64,000 nucleotides of DNA from an uncultured Nitrososphaeraceae archaeon. GTDB taxonomy: Archaea; Thermoproteota; Nitrososphaeria; Nitrososphaerales; Nitrososphaeraceae. The translations under genes and the position numbers were made by a program. Within the stretch, counting starts at the first letter, position 1. Every line of letters begins with the position of its first letter. The stretch is taken from assembly GCA_963825865.1 (NCBI GenBank), contig CAWGVG010000028.1, positions 32,001 to 96,000 on the forward strand. Direction: 5' to 3'. Positions 21,970 to 31,710 of this stretch are shown one piece after another. The notes beneath the pieces are model-generated. The model saw only the letters and a list, made by a program, of their open reading frames with translations, did not search any database and was not told where the DNA came from.

Positions 21970-22794
21970 TTGCTTGATTTAAATTTAATGATATCATCGC
22001 GAGCTGGAATCAATGTAGTCTATTCCTCTGCCAATTTACCACAATTACCGTCTCCTTATTTGATTTGCGGTTTTCCAGGTAGTGGATATGTTGGGAAGAT
22101 GGCAGTCGACCATTTGATTCAAGAGCTTGATGCAAAACATGTGGCTGATATTTATTCGACTTCTTTTCCTCCCCAGGTGATGATTAGGGCTGATGGAACG
22201 GCAGACCTCATGAAAAATAGTATTTTTTATTCAAAGGGTACTGCTTCCTCTGATGCCAGTCTTCTATTACTTACCGGAGATTCACAACCTGCAAATCCTG
22301 ATTCTGAATATACTCTAGCCGAAGAGATTCTGGACATAGCCGCTAAATTTAATACACAAAAAGTCTTTACTTTGGCAGCATACATTACCGGTGTCTTTGT
22401 AGATAAGCCACGCATTTTTGGAACTGCTACTGATGCCGATATTGTAAAAGCGTTTCGCGAACAAAATGTGTCGGCAATGGATGGTGGTAGTATAACAGGT
22501 ATGAATGGACTCATTATTGGTGTTGCAAAACTTCGTGGAATGAAAGGTACCTGCCTATTAGGAGAAACATCTGGATATGTAGTTGATGCCAAGGCTTCTA
22601 AGTCTATTTTGGAAGCTTTGCTTCCAATGATGGGTGTCAAGATAGATATGACTAGCCTTGAAAAGAGAGCAAAAGATACCGAAATGTTAATCCAAACTAT
22701 AGAACAACAAATGGCCGGAAGAGCAGGAAGAGTATTGGAAGGTCAACAAACTACCATGCCGCATAAACCAGCAGATACAGGTTATATTAGCTAA
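21970..22794 (+). CDS. PAC2-family proteasome assembly chaperone
   Basis: ICGFPGSGYVGK, LLLTGDSQP, ITGMNGLIIG, CLLGETSGY and a C-terminal GYIS (HbYX-like). Confidence 0.9.
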   Translation: MLDLNLMISSRAGINVVYSSANLPQLPSPYLICGFPGSGYVGKMAVDHLIQELDAKHVADIYSTSFPPQVMIRADGTADLMKNSIFYSKGTASSDASLLLLTGDSQPANPDSEYTLAEEILDIAAKFNTQKVFTLAAYITGVFVDKPRIFGTATDADIVKAFREQNVSAMDGGSITGMNGLIIGVAKLRGMKGTCLLGETSGYVVDAKASKSILEALLPMMGVKIDMTSLEKRAKDTEMLIQTIEQQMAGRAGRVLEGQQTTMPHKPADTGYIS

Positions 22795-23023
22795 CTACAT
22801 AATTAATCTACCTGGCATAACTATGGGATTGGTCGTTTTATTTTTAAAGTGTGTCTTGGATATTGTTCTAATAGAGAATACTAATCAATGTAGATCTGAT
22901 AGATGTCGAGATAATGATTTCGAACGTACTAATATTGAATTCGTTTGAATGTATTTGCAGTTTTGACTAGTGCTATACTGGATTTAGCAGTCTATTTTTT
23001 AAAATCAGTCAAAAGATAATAAT

Positions 23024-23329
23024 CTACAGTTTTTTCAGTTTGCCGTATCTTCCTATATTTAAACTATTTTCTCCGCGAAATGCCTGAGTATATCCATTCT
23101 CAACAGAGACTTTATCACCCTGTTTTACCATATTGATTTGCTCATCCCATAAAGAAAGCTTAATACTTCCAGTTTCGTCTGAAATGGTGGCATCTGCAAC
23201 CTGGGCCGTACCACCTGTTCTAAGATTAACTGTTCTTGGTTCTGTAAGACTATTGATGTTTCCTATTACGCTAACTCCCCGCATTCCTGTTTTCAGCTCG
23301 CCGATCTTCATTTTCTCGTACAAATTCAT
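23024..23329 (-). CDS. ssb: Single OB-fold ssDNA-binding protein (true start may be 23311)
   Basis: KIGELK.GM, ISDETGSIKLSLW, ENGY..FRG..LNIGRYG motifs. Confidence 0.85.
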   Translation of the reverse strand: MNLYEKMKIGELKTGMRGVSVIGNINSLTEPRTVNLRTGGTAQVADATISDETGSIKLSLWDEQINMVKQGDKVSVENGYTQAFRGENSLNIGRYGKLKKL

Positions 23330-23355
23330 CTTATTGTTATAATAAAGGTTCTGGA

Positions 23356-23495
23356 TTACATGCTGCTTGTCATCATGGACTGGCCGAATCAGTACATACT
23401 AGTCTTATTCCAGCAATCGTCTTTTCCCTAATCTCGTGGATGGTTTTCGAGTGACACTTTGTGCATAATTTATAGACTATTTCTGGTTTCGGCAT
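23356..23495 (-). CDS. About 46-aa zinc-ribbon microprotein (needs one inserted base)
   Basis: MPKPEIVYKLCTKCHSKTIHEIREKTIAGIRLVCTD; adding one G gives CTDCGQSMMTSSM*. Confidence 0.45.
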
Positions 23496-23744
23496 ATATC
23501 GTAGTTACACCTTATAAAAGGTAACAATTACTTTAACTTTAAGATAAATCATCTAAGATGGTGAAGTATTGTTGATGCTTTGGTATGACATTGCTGAGAT
23601 TTATTGTACCGAGAACATATATGCTGGTTAATAAAATCGAAGTCTAATTACCTAGACTAATGGTGATGGTGATTATGATAGCAACAATTTTCGACCCTAT
23701 TAATAGTAACTATGAAATAAGGATTCAGAGACAAAGCGCTTAGT

Positions 23745-23873
23745 GGAGGGGTAGCGAAGCCTGGTTAAACGCGCAGGACTCAAGATTTCATATAAATATT
23801 CTGCGTAAGAGGGGAATTGTTATGGGTAATCCCGTCCCTTAGGGGTTCGTGGGTTCGAATCCCACCTCCTCCA
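23745..23873 (+). tRNA. tRNA-Leu(CAA) with a 44-nt intron (23785-23828) at position 37/38
   Basis: Acceptor GGAGGGG/CTCCTCC, CAA anticodon, long variable arm, TTCGAAT T-loop; bulge-helix-bulge motif CTCA/TGGG with AGA and TAA bulges. Confidence 0.95.
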
Positions 23874-24281
23874 CATAAACATTAGATTATAGTTACTGGA
23901 CCACTCCAAAGGTGCACTATTACAAGATTTTGAAACCTTACAAATACAGGAGTTAAAATCTTCTTTTACCAATGATAATTGCAGGAGATAGAAATAAGCG
24001 AGACCGGTTATTATATTAGGAATTCAAAACAAGGCCTATGAATCATAAAGTTGATGGAAAATGGACGAAAAATTCAGATCTAAGAAACGCTTTTTTATCG
24101 TGCTTTTAAGTTAAACAAGAGGTGTTAAATCAATAAACCAGAGTCTTTATGATAATCATTCAGACTAAACGCAATTTGTCATAGATAGGCCTAAATAATA
24201 AACAAAATTATGCTGCTATTCTTCTTGTGGTTGCCGTTTTCTTCAAAATTCTTAAATTAGATATTTTTTACTTTATACTTT

Positions 24282-24527
24282 ATGGAAGAAAATAGCAAGG
24301 AAATTACTGATTGGCAGGCTTTAGTAAACAAGCCTGTCTATAGTAGCGATGGAAAAGAAGTAGGAATTGTTTCTTCAGTTCAACCAGAAAAGCTTGTGGT
24401 ATCATACGGACCATTAACTCCTGATAAATACCTTATTCCAAAATCGTCTATTAAGAACTTTGACAATGGGATAGTATATTTAAATGAATCTTCAGAGTTT
24501 GTTGAAATCAACTACCAATTCGAATAA
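24282..24527 (+). CDS. Stand-alone PRC-barrel-like protein
   Basis: DWQALVNKPVYSSDGKEVG..KYLIPKS..FDNGIVYL. Confidence 0.65.
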   Translation: MEENSKEITDWQALVNKPVYSSDGKEVGIVSSVQPEKLVVSYGPLTPDKYLIPKSSIKNFDNGIVYLNESSEFVEINYQFE

Positions 24528-24683
24528 AATAATAAACGGTTAAAAGAAATAGTTTCCATTCATCGTTTACTATGGTCGAAAAAGCTGACAAGGCCCCAAC
24601 CGTAACATCATCATCATCAGCAGCAAAGTTAAAGTCAAGTTATCAAAGCCTCATTCACGAAGGCAGCAACCCTCTTCCCAAAA

Positions 24684-24980
24684 ATGGATCAAAAGTTATT
24701 GTTGGATATTCTACAATTTGAAACCACCTACAATGATTGGGAGGGCAGTGTGATGCTCAAAGTAGTTTATCCTGCCGACAAAGTTGATTTGGATTCTAAA
24801 AAAGATTGGATATATAAAAAGTACGAACGTGTACCATCTGTAGAAGAAGGTAGGACGCTTAGATTCAAAGCAATACGCATGTATATTGAAGAGATCGAGA
24901 AATTGTTGAATGAAGACCAGGAAATAGAATATGTTACTGGTTCAGCAACATTGACCCCTTCAGACGCCTATTCAGCATAA
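24684..24980 (+). CDS. Hypothetical protein (may extend to an ATG near 24572 via a frameshift)
   Basis: ORF track plus an adjoining upstream open frame. Confidence 0.5.
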   Translation: MDQKLLLDILQFETTYNDWEGSVMLKVVYPADKVDLDSKKDWIYKKYERVPSVEEGRTLRFKAIRMYIEEIEKLLNEDQEIEYVTGSATLTPSDAYSA

Positions 24981-25565
24981 ATAAAATATCCTTTACTTTT
25001 TATCATTCACGAAAGATATGGTTCTAAAGGATGCACACACATTGTCACTGTGATGTTGATCTTTTTTACTATTATTTTTTAATATGAAAAATACCGCACA
25101 ATAAAGTAGGAAAGAGATATGTGCCGAGGATGAACAAAAGACAATTCCAAAGATGAAATTGGCACAGCAAGGCATGCGTCTATATATGACACAATGTCGA
25201 TTATACCATGCCATAGGGGAAGGCGAGCAAAGATCATACCTGATCAGACCCGTGGGCAATCTGATGTATTAAGACGCGGCACAACAATTCACGATAGTGG
25301 AAAAGAAAACGAAAGAAGCTGTAACTAAAATTGAGGAGAGGAAGCAATTTCAAGAGGTCGTACCAACAGCGATGTCAAATTTTGTATGCAGTAAATGCGG
25401 CAAATGACCTAGTCAAGGGTAAACGCTTTGTCCTTGTTCCTGAAAAATAGAAAAACAATACATGATTAGCCATTACTTACCTTACCTGATCTATTCTCTA
25501 TTATAGGATATAGGATAATCTCGTTACCCATAACAATATACTACCTACAGGTAAGTACCTTATAG

Positions 25566-25961
25566 TTAGTATATTGATCGCGGAACCTTTATTCCCTTGC
25601 TGTTAATTATGCAATATATTTCAGGTAGAGAATAGACAAAACCTACATGGACGCAGTCTGACCTTTCATCTAATAGACACTGCAATTCTGCATTTTGTAA
25701 TAATACTTCTGCAATTCTATTTCGTTTGTTGTCTTTTACTATAACTCGATTCTGATCAATGGCAAGCTTTTCCATAAATGGTGCGTGCTTGGCAAATGCT
25801 TCATACTTTATCATCATCTCCTCCATCATGCTAGTAAGATATCCTGAGAAGCTTGTGATACCTTTTAACTCTAATTCTTTTTTGTTTTTTTCATAAATTT
25901 CGAAGAACTTTTTATAGACGTTTTCGCTTACCGTGATAGATTTGAAGCCTGCCTTAGGCAT
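25566..25961 (-). CDS. Hypothetical protein with an N-terminal ribbon-helix-helix-like region
   Basis: FKSITVSENVY strand followed by two helices (SFSGYL); C-terminal C..D...CVH. Confidence 0.65.
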   Translation of the reverse strand: MPKAGFKSITVSENVYKKFFEIYEKNKKELELKGITSFSGYLTSMMEEMMIKYEAFAKHAPFMEKLAIDQNRVIVKDNKRNRIAEVLLQNAELQCLLDERSDCVHVGFVYSLPEIYCIINSKGIKVPRSIY

Positions 25962-26491
25962 AGTAACAGTACGGTAATGGACGGAATGATATAAGAGTTC
26001 TGTCTGTTGGTTCTGTCAAATCTCTGCATGTCAAAAATATGCTTGTCAAACTTGCATGGTATATCCCAAATTTTGAGGATGTAAGAGTTTATCAGTGGGC
26101 ATTTGTATTATATTCCTAGACGTGTATTGAACTTTATGTTAAATCATCCATATACCAGAGTTGTAGATTTAATTGATAATATTAAAAAGAAAAACTCACG
26201 TTAGTATTTTGAAGCTTCATTAATAGCCTTAGATACATATGTTGTTTCTGCATGAACAAGAGCATTGTCTCGTATTTCTATTAGTGCTAGCAGTGCTCGC
26301 TTTTCCTTGTCTCTTTAACCTATCTACAAGATTCTCGAATTCTTCCTGTGTGGAATCTCATTTGAGTAATTTCTGTTTCAATTTTTCTACAACATCATTT
26401 TTAATCAAGTTCTATCGCTTGTTCTATTCGCTATTTGTGTGTATATGTATATGTGGGAATGCAAATACTACAATCATCATTGCAGAATAGT

Positions 26492-28200
26492 ATGGTATGC
26501 CCCAGTCGCAATTCTCCCTCAGTAATTAATTATGGTAAGAGGGGCAAAAGAGTAGTAAAACAAATCATGCTCTACAAAGATTGTGGTAGACAGTTTAGAA
26601 AAGAGCAGGAGGATGTGTTTGCAAAATTACAAACTGACCACGAGATTGTATCTTTAATTTTATCTATGCATTGTAGAACCGTTAGTCCAAGAGGTATTTG
26701 TTCAGTATTACGCGAAACTTATGGTATTAAAGTGTCATACCAAACTATACACAATTACCTAAAGAGATTTGAAAAACTATTAACGGAATACATGAAAAGC
26801 TTAAAGCCAAAGTTTAGTGGCGCTGTTAATGTTAATGAACTCTATGTAAATGAATATCTATTTTCTGCATTAAATCCAAACACTAGTTATTTGCTATGCA
26901 CAGGGGTTGTTGCCTAATTTGATATCGCATATGGTGTCACCTTTATTCCCAGTTTGTTTGCACATTGTAGTCTGTTAAGGACTTCTAGGTTCCAGCCTAT
27001 TGATTTAATTAATCCAAATCTTTTCTGATTGTTCTTTAATCTGAATGTGCAGTATAGCTGATGACTGATGATGTTTAGTTTCTTCAGCTCCAAATATTCC
27101 TTCTATCAATCCTCTATAACGATATATTGATGCATTGAATATCTTTTCTAGCCTTCTTTCTGTATTTGTTCTTCTTACTACTGCTATTCTTGTTCTTGGA
27201 GTTTTTTCTCTGCTTGATATTTGGAAGCATGTTCATGTTAAACACTGACTGGAAGTTCTTGTTGCCATCATAAGCTCTGTCACCATTGAATGTTGAACCT
27301 GCAAAGTCTAATCTATATTTCTTCAATCTGTTTAGCATTGTTCGGAGTACTGGAGAATCGTGTGTTTTCTTACTGGTAAGTCGTGTATTAAGTATTATGA
27401 GATGATCAAGTATCCCTGTGATATGCCATTTCAGATACTGTTTTACCCTTATCTTTTCGAATTTCTTACTACTACTATTTTTGATAAATTGTACTTCGAT
27501 ATCTGTACCTGTTTGTCTCTACACCGGTGCTATCTGATGCGAGAATACCCTTCTTCCAGCCTGATTCTTTCAAACATAAATAAGCTGACCATATTAGTAC
27601 ACGTTCAAGATATATCAGCGGTATCTTCTTGAATGTACGTGATATCCATGTATGATTTGGATATGGCTCGTTATTCCATGGCAAATTAAGGAGGGGTACT
27701 ATATTCTGTATATCTCTGTACGTTGAACCGAAAACAACCATCAATATACAAATACAGACAAGTTTTTCCCAAGAATGAATTGGTTTCCTTCCTCTATTAC
27801 TGTTCTTCTTTGAAGTAGGAGGAGGATTTTCTTTGACCAGAGAAACTATATTTTCGATAAGCATATCTCGTTCTAGGGTATGTGCTAGATGGTAACACAA
27901 CCAGTAACCATCTTTCCTCTTGTGCTTGCAAGTCAATAAGAGGGTGCATACCCTTTCTAAGCTAAATCGAAAACCGTGAAATCATATTTACAGTCAATTA
28001 AAACGAATTAGGCAACAACCCCGCTATGCACAGTATTAACACAAAAGAAAGATAAGGGTGCTAAAGAACTATTCCGGAAATTAACACAGGCTACACGACA
28101 TAACAAAACTAATGAAAATATTAAAACAATAACCTCAGATGGACTCGTGGCATTTCATACAGCAATAAAGACAATGAGCAGATTCTCCCTATAAATAACA
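26492..28200 (+). pseudogene. Degenerate IS6/IS1-like DDE transposase split by an IS insertion
   Basis: Decayed zinc ribbon (CPSRNS..KQ..KDCGRQF), HTH (VSYQTIHNY) and VNVNELYV. After the insertion the frame resumes as VLTQKKD..AKELF..TITSDGL. Confidence 0.7.
26903..28022 (-). mobile_element. IS element, IS4/IS5-type DDE transposase, copy 1 (disrupted ORF)
   Basis: TIRs GGGGTTGTTGCCTAATT / AATTAGGCAACAACCCC; 10-bp TSD GCTATGCACA (26893-26902, 28023-28032); DSTG, HDSP, DRAYD and IEGIFG motifs. Confidence 0.93.
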
Positions 28201-28303
28201 GACTAAAACTTAGTAGTATGTTTTCATATATATGATGTTAAGGTATGCATCCTAAGATAATTGTTGTATCGACTTTATATCGCGTATCGTGCAACAATTA
28301 AAT

Positions 28304-28387
28304 ATGATTTGGACACTGATATACATAGTAATTGGTATTATTGTGCTTATACTGTTGCTGAGATTTCTTTTCCATCTTCTGGGTTAG
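28304..28387 (+). CDS. 27-aa single-helix membrane microprotein (not in ORF track)
   Basis: MIWTLIYIVIGIIVLILLLRFLFHLLG*; TTTATAT about 30 nt upstream. Confidence 0.5.
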   Translation: MIWTLIYIVIGIIVLILLLRFLFHLLG

Positions 28388-28600
28388 TCAACTAATAAAA
28401 TATTATTGCGAGGTAAGGAAAGATATGATTGATAAGCTTATCGAAAAACTATTGCAAAATGTTACTTCTGCCTATATGCCAAAGTTCCAAAATATTGCAC
28501 AGACAAGATCTAATGAACTTGCTGATATGAAGGCAAAGGTACAGTACAAACCCAGAAGATGTTGAAGCATGGTTTGATAAAGAAATTGAAAAACTAAGTA

Positions 28601-28679
28601 ATGTGGATGTTACTGGGTTAATGGAGAAAATGAAGGGATCCTATGATGTGGATGTTACTGGGTTAATGGAGAAAATGAA
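28601..28679 (+). repeat. 34-bp direct repeat x2 with a 45-bp period, inside a small frameshifted ORF (about 28425-28690)
   Basis: ATGTGGATGTTACTGGGTTAATGGAGAAAATGAA at 28601 and 28646; encodes VDVTGLMEKMK twice. Confidence 0.85.
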
Positions 28680-28896
28680 AAGATTCTAGGTATATCACAT
28701 CTACTTTTAAATACATAGATGGCTACTACTTGCAAAATATCCTTACCCCTTCCTAACAATCTGTGTCACAGAAAAATGTGGTTTGATACGTCAGACCACA
28801 ATTTACAGCTTGAATTCCTTACTTAAATACATATAAAGTTAGAAATTTCTGATTTCTAGAAAAACTAGGGATAATAAAAGACTCTACGGCTCTTCT

Positions 28897-29844
28897 GTGA
28901 TGGATCCGAGTGAACAGATGCATTCCGGGGGTAAACTAGACGATCGTAATAAGGCTACTTATTGTAATCAATGTAATAACGATACAGTAATTTTTGATAT
29001 GGTCTCTAGCGAATTTGTATGTAGTTCCTGTGGCTGTGTTGCAAGCGATAAATTTTTTAATAATGAACATAGTAATGAGTATTCTACTCAGTCTGAATAC
29101 AGCGATAGATCTAGAACAGGAATGCCAGAATCTTTAGCTATTCATCACAAAGGTCTATCCACCTTAATTGGAATGGGTGATACTGATGCAAGGGGCAAAG
29201 CTCTGGAACCTGAACAAAGAATGAAAATGCAAAGATTACGGACATGGAACAATAGATCCCAACTAAATGATTCTATATCTAGAAACTTAGAGAAAGCTCT
29301 AAAATTTTTGAATAACTTTGGAGATAAATTATATCTCAGTCAGGCAGTTTTGGAAAGTGCAGCATATATTTATAGAAAAGCTGCAATAAAGAAACTTGCT
29401 AAAGGTAGATCAACTCTTGGTTTGGTTGGAGCTGCACTTTATGCTGCGTGTAGAGAGACTGCAACACCAAAAACGATTTCTGATGTTGCGGCCGTATGTA
29501 ATTTATCTAGTAAGGACGTAATGTCGCATTATAAGTTGATATTAAGAGAACTCTCTTTGCAAATGCCAGTCCTTCATGGGCCAGACTACGTTACCCTGCT
29601 TGCAAACAGACTGAACCTGAGTGAAAAAATAAAGCGTGAAGCATTGAAAATATATTCTCAAGTACAGCAAAATAGAATTTCGATAGGCAAAAACCCAAGG
29701 GCCCTTGCAGGCGCCGTAATTTATTTAGCGTCGCAGAACTGCAACGAGTTCCTCAGACAGGTAGAGATCTGTCAAATAGCTGACATATCAACAGTCTCCT
29801 TGAGAAAGAGATGTAAAGAGATCAAAGCAACTCTCAAGATTTAG
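28897..29844 (+). CDS. tfb: Transcription initiation factor IIB paralogue
   Basis: Zinc ribbon CNQC/CSSC, RSRTG.P, GLST.I, RLRTW, AAYIYRKA and GKNPRALA. Confidence 0.93.
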   Translation: MMDPSEQMHSGGKLDDRNKATYCNQCNNDTVIFDMVSSEFVCSSCGCVASDKFFNNEHSNEYSTQSEYSDRSRTGMPESLAIHHKGLSTLIGMGDTDARGKALEPEQRMKMQRLRTWNNRSQLNDSISRNLEKALKFLNNFGDKLYLSQAVLESAAYIYRKAAIKKLAKGRSTLGLVGAALYAACRETATPKTISDVAAVCNLSSKDVMSHYKLILRELSLQMPVLHGPDYVTLLANRLNLSEKIKREALKIYSQVQQNRISIGKNPRALAGAVIYLASQNCNEFLRQVEICQIADISTVSLRKRCKEIKATLKI

Positions 29845-30795
29845 CGTATTTTTACTACGTATTGTGATAAATCTATAGCATTATGTATTGAGTGTAATTG
29901 TTTGCTGGATATTGATATATATGCAGCTTTGAAGTTCGGATATGCTTCTTTGGACGAAAACAACGTCATTACCATGCCATCATGATCAATTTTGAAGCCT
30001 TGGCAAGGTTCGTGTCCTCTGACAACGACTTTTGTTCCTGATATCTTTAACCATTTTTTAGAGATATTTATTCCAAAGAGTCTCCCCACACCTCTTTCCG
30101 AATATCTCCAATCCCGTTTATGAATTTGGTTCCAAGGGTCATTCCATAGAATTTCTTCCATTATTCGGTTATGGATATGATTGTCTTGGGCAGCAGCAAC
30201 GGACTTTCTTAAATCTTTAGTTAATCCTGCAACTTCGGTAGGCAGTCCTCCGTGAACGAGAAGCAAATGGTTTTTTATAACGGTTGTCAGTATAAGTAAT
30301 GGAAAAAAAGTCAATAACTTTTTATTATAGATCATCTTACCTAAGTTTTCACCATAATATTTGATAATTTTGAATGGCAGGTCGTGCGACGAAAACGGAA
30401 ATTCAAGCGGTGCTTCATGATTTCCACGCATTAATACGATAGAATCCTGGGAATTTTTGTTTTAAATAGCAGATTAAATATAAAACTCCGACTGAATCAC
30501 TTCCCCTGTCAACATAGTCACCTAAGAATATGATTTTGTTATGAGGATTGAGCAGGAATTCTTGGAAAGCAATATCTTGAAGAACCTTGAAAAGGGATTT
30601 GAAATCACCATGAATGTCGCCAATGATTATGAGATTTTCTGGAGTTCGCAGTTCGGCAACTCCTCCCATAATTTTCCCCCCTATAATACGACCAATTTGT
30701 CTTTCCTTTTGCAAGACGTTGGTAGCTGCATCAATGACATGAACAAAATCCGAAGCGTCTATGTTGAGAGGAGATGTTGCAAGGCCTGTAAGCAA
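29841..30795 (-). CDS. PPP-family Ser/Thr protein phosphatase (frameshift near 30440)
   Basis: GDIHG, GDYVDRG, RGNHE, HGG, ILWNDP, RGHE and TLFS motifs. Confidence 0.9.
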
Positions 30796-30991
30796 TTATT
30801 ATAGATAGAATCGTCTACAAAGTTAAATATCTTCTTATAATAAAGAAAGAAGGAACTGCTCGGGCTCTTACTAATGGTATAATATTGGTTTAGTAAATAT
30901 ATATGCCTTGTTGACACAAAATTACTGACATAGAAATCTTCTAGGTTTTTTTTGGATTAGAAAGTATGTTTAGTATTAAAAGCGATACATT

Positions 30992-31315
30992 TTGAGTTAC
31001 TTTGGTCAGACATTGCCACTAAACGCAAGAGGTTGGAGTAATAGGGGATGGTTAGAGATAATCGAATTTATACTTTCAATGTGTGAGAATGGCGCTAGAA
31101 AGACTCACGTAATGTATAGATGTAATTTGAATTCTAAACAAATTAATGAATATCTGAATTTTCTTCTGGAATGTGAAATGCTCGAAAAGATACAGGAGCG
31201 TCCAAACTCAAAACGTTATATTTTTAAGACTGCTGAGTTGGGCAAAAAATTCATTGAAAGATATAAACAACTTGCAGAACTTTTTGGTAAGCCTCCTCCA
31301 CCATCACTAACATGA
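30992..31315 (+). CDS. Winged-helix transcriptional regulator (HTH_45-like)
   Basis: NRGWLEII..IL, ARKTHVMYRCNLN, YLNFL and ELGKKF. Confidence 0.85.
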   Translation: MSYFGQTLPLNARGWSNRGWLEIIEFILSMCENGARKTHVMYRCNLNSKQINEYLNFLLECEMLEKIQERPNSKRYIFKTAELGKKFIERYKQLAELFGKPPPPSLT

Positions 31316-31408
31316 ATATTAGATTTTTTTCGTTACTGTGAATAATGTTTCTATCTGATAGTTCCATTCACATTAAATGAAATGTAAGTTTAATTCTATT
31401 GTCCAGGA

Positions 31409-31705
31409 ATGAAGAATCGTAGTCGTTATGAGGTAATCGCAGCAATTCTAAAATCAGCTAGTAGGGAAGAAACGCGAACGAAAATAATGTATAAAGCCAT
31501 GTTAAGTAACGACCAGTGCAAAATCTATCTTGACTCTCTACTTCATAGCGGTCTCATTCAAGAAGTTAATAGCGGCAATAAAATGTTCTATAGAATAACA
31601 CATAAGGGTAACAAATTTCTCTTATATTACGATCAAATGAAAGAGTTATTACCTGTTGGAATAGAAGAAAACATCACAAATGAATACTATCATTTGAGTC
31701 CATAA
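31409..31705 (+). CDS. Winged-helix transcriptional regulator (HTH_45-like)
   Basis: RSRYEVIAAIL, TKIMYKAMLS and YRITHKGNKFL. Confidence 0.85.
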   Translation: MKNRSRYEVIAAILKSASREETRTKIMYKAMLSNDQCKIYLDSLLHSGLIQEVNSGNKMFYRITHKGNKFLLYYDQMKELLPVGIEENITNEYYHLSP

Positions 31706-31710
31706 TATCC

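Noticed and set aside
28601-28679. 34-bp repeat as a mini CRISPR array
   Set aside because: Only two units, an 11-bp spacer, an in-frame 45-bp period inside an ORF, and no cas genes.
23745-28900. Integrated element using tRNA-Leu as an att site
   Set aside because: No integrase and no duplicated tRNA 3' end found by eye; the same holds for tRNA-Val.
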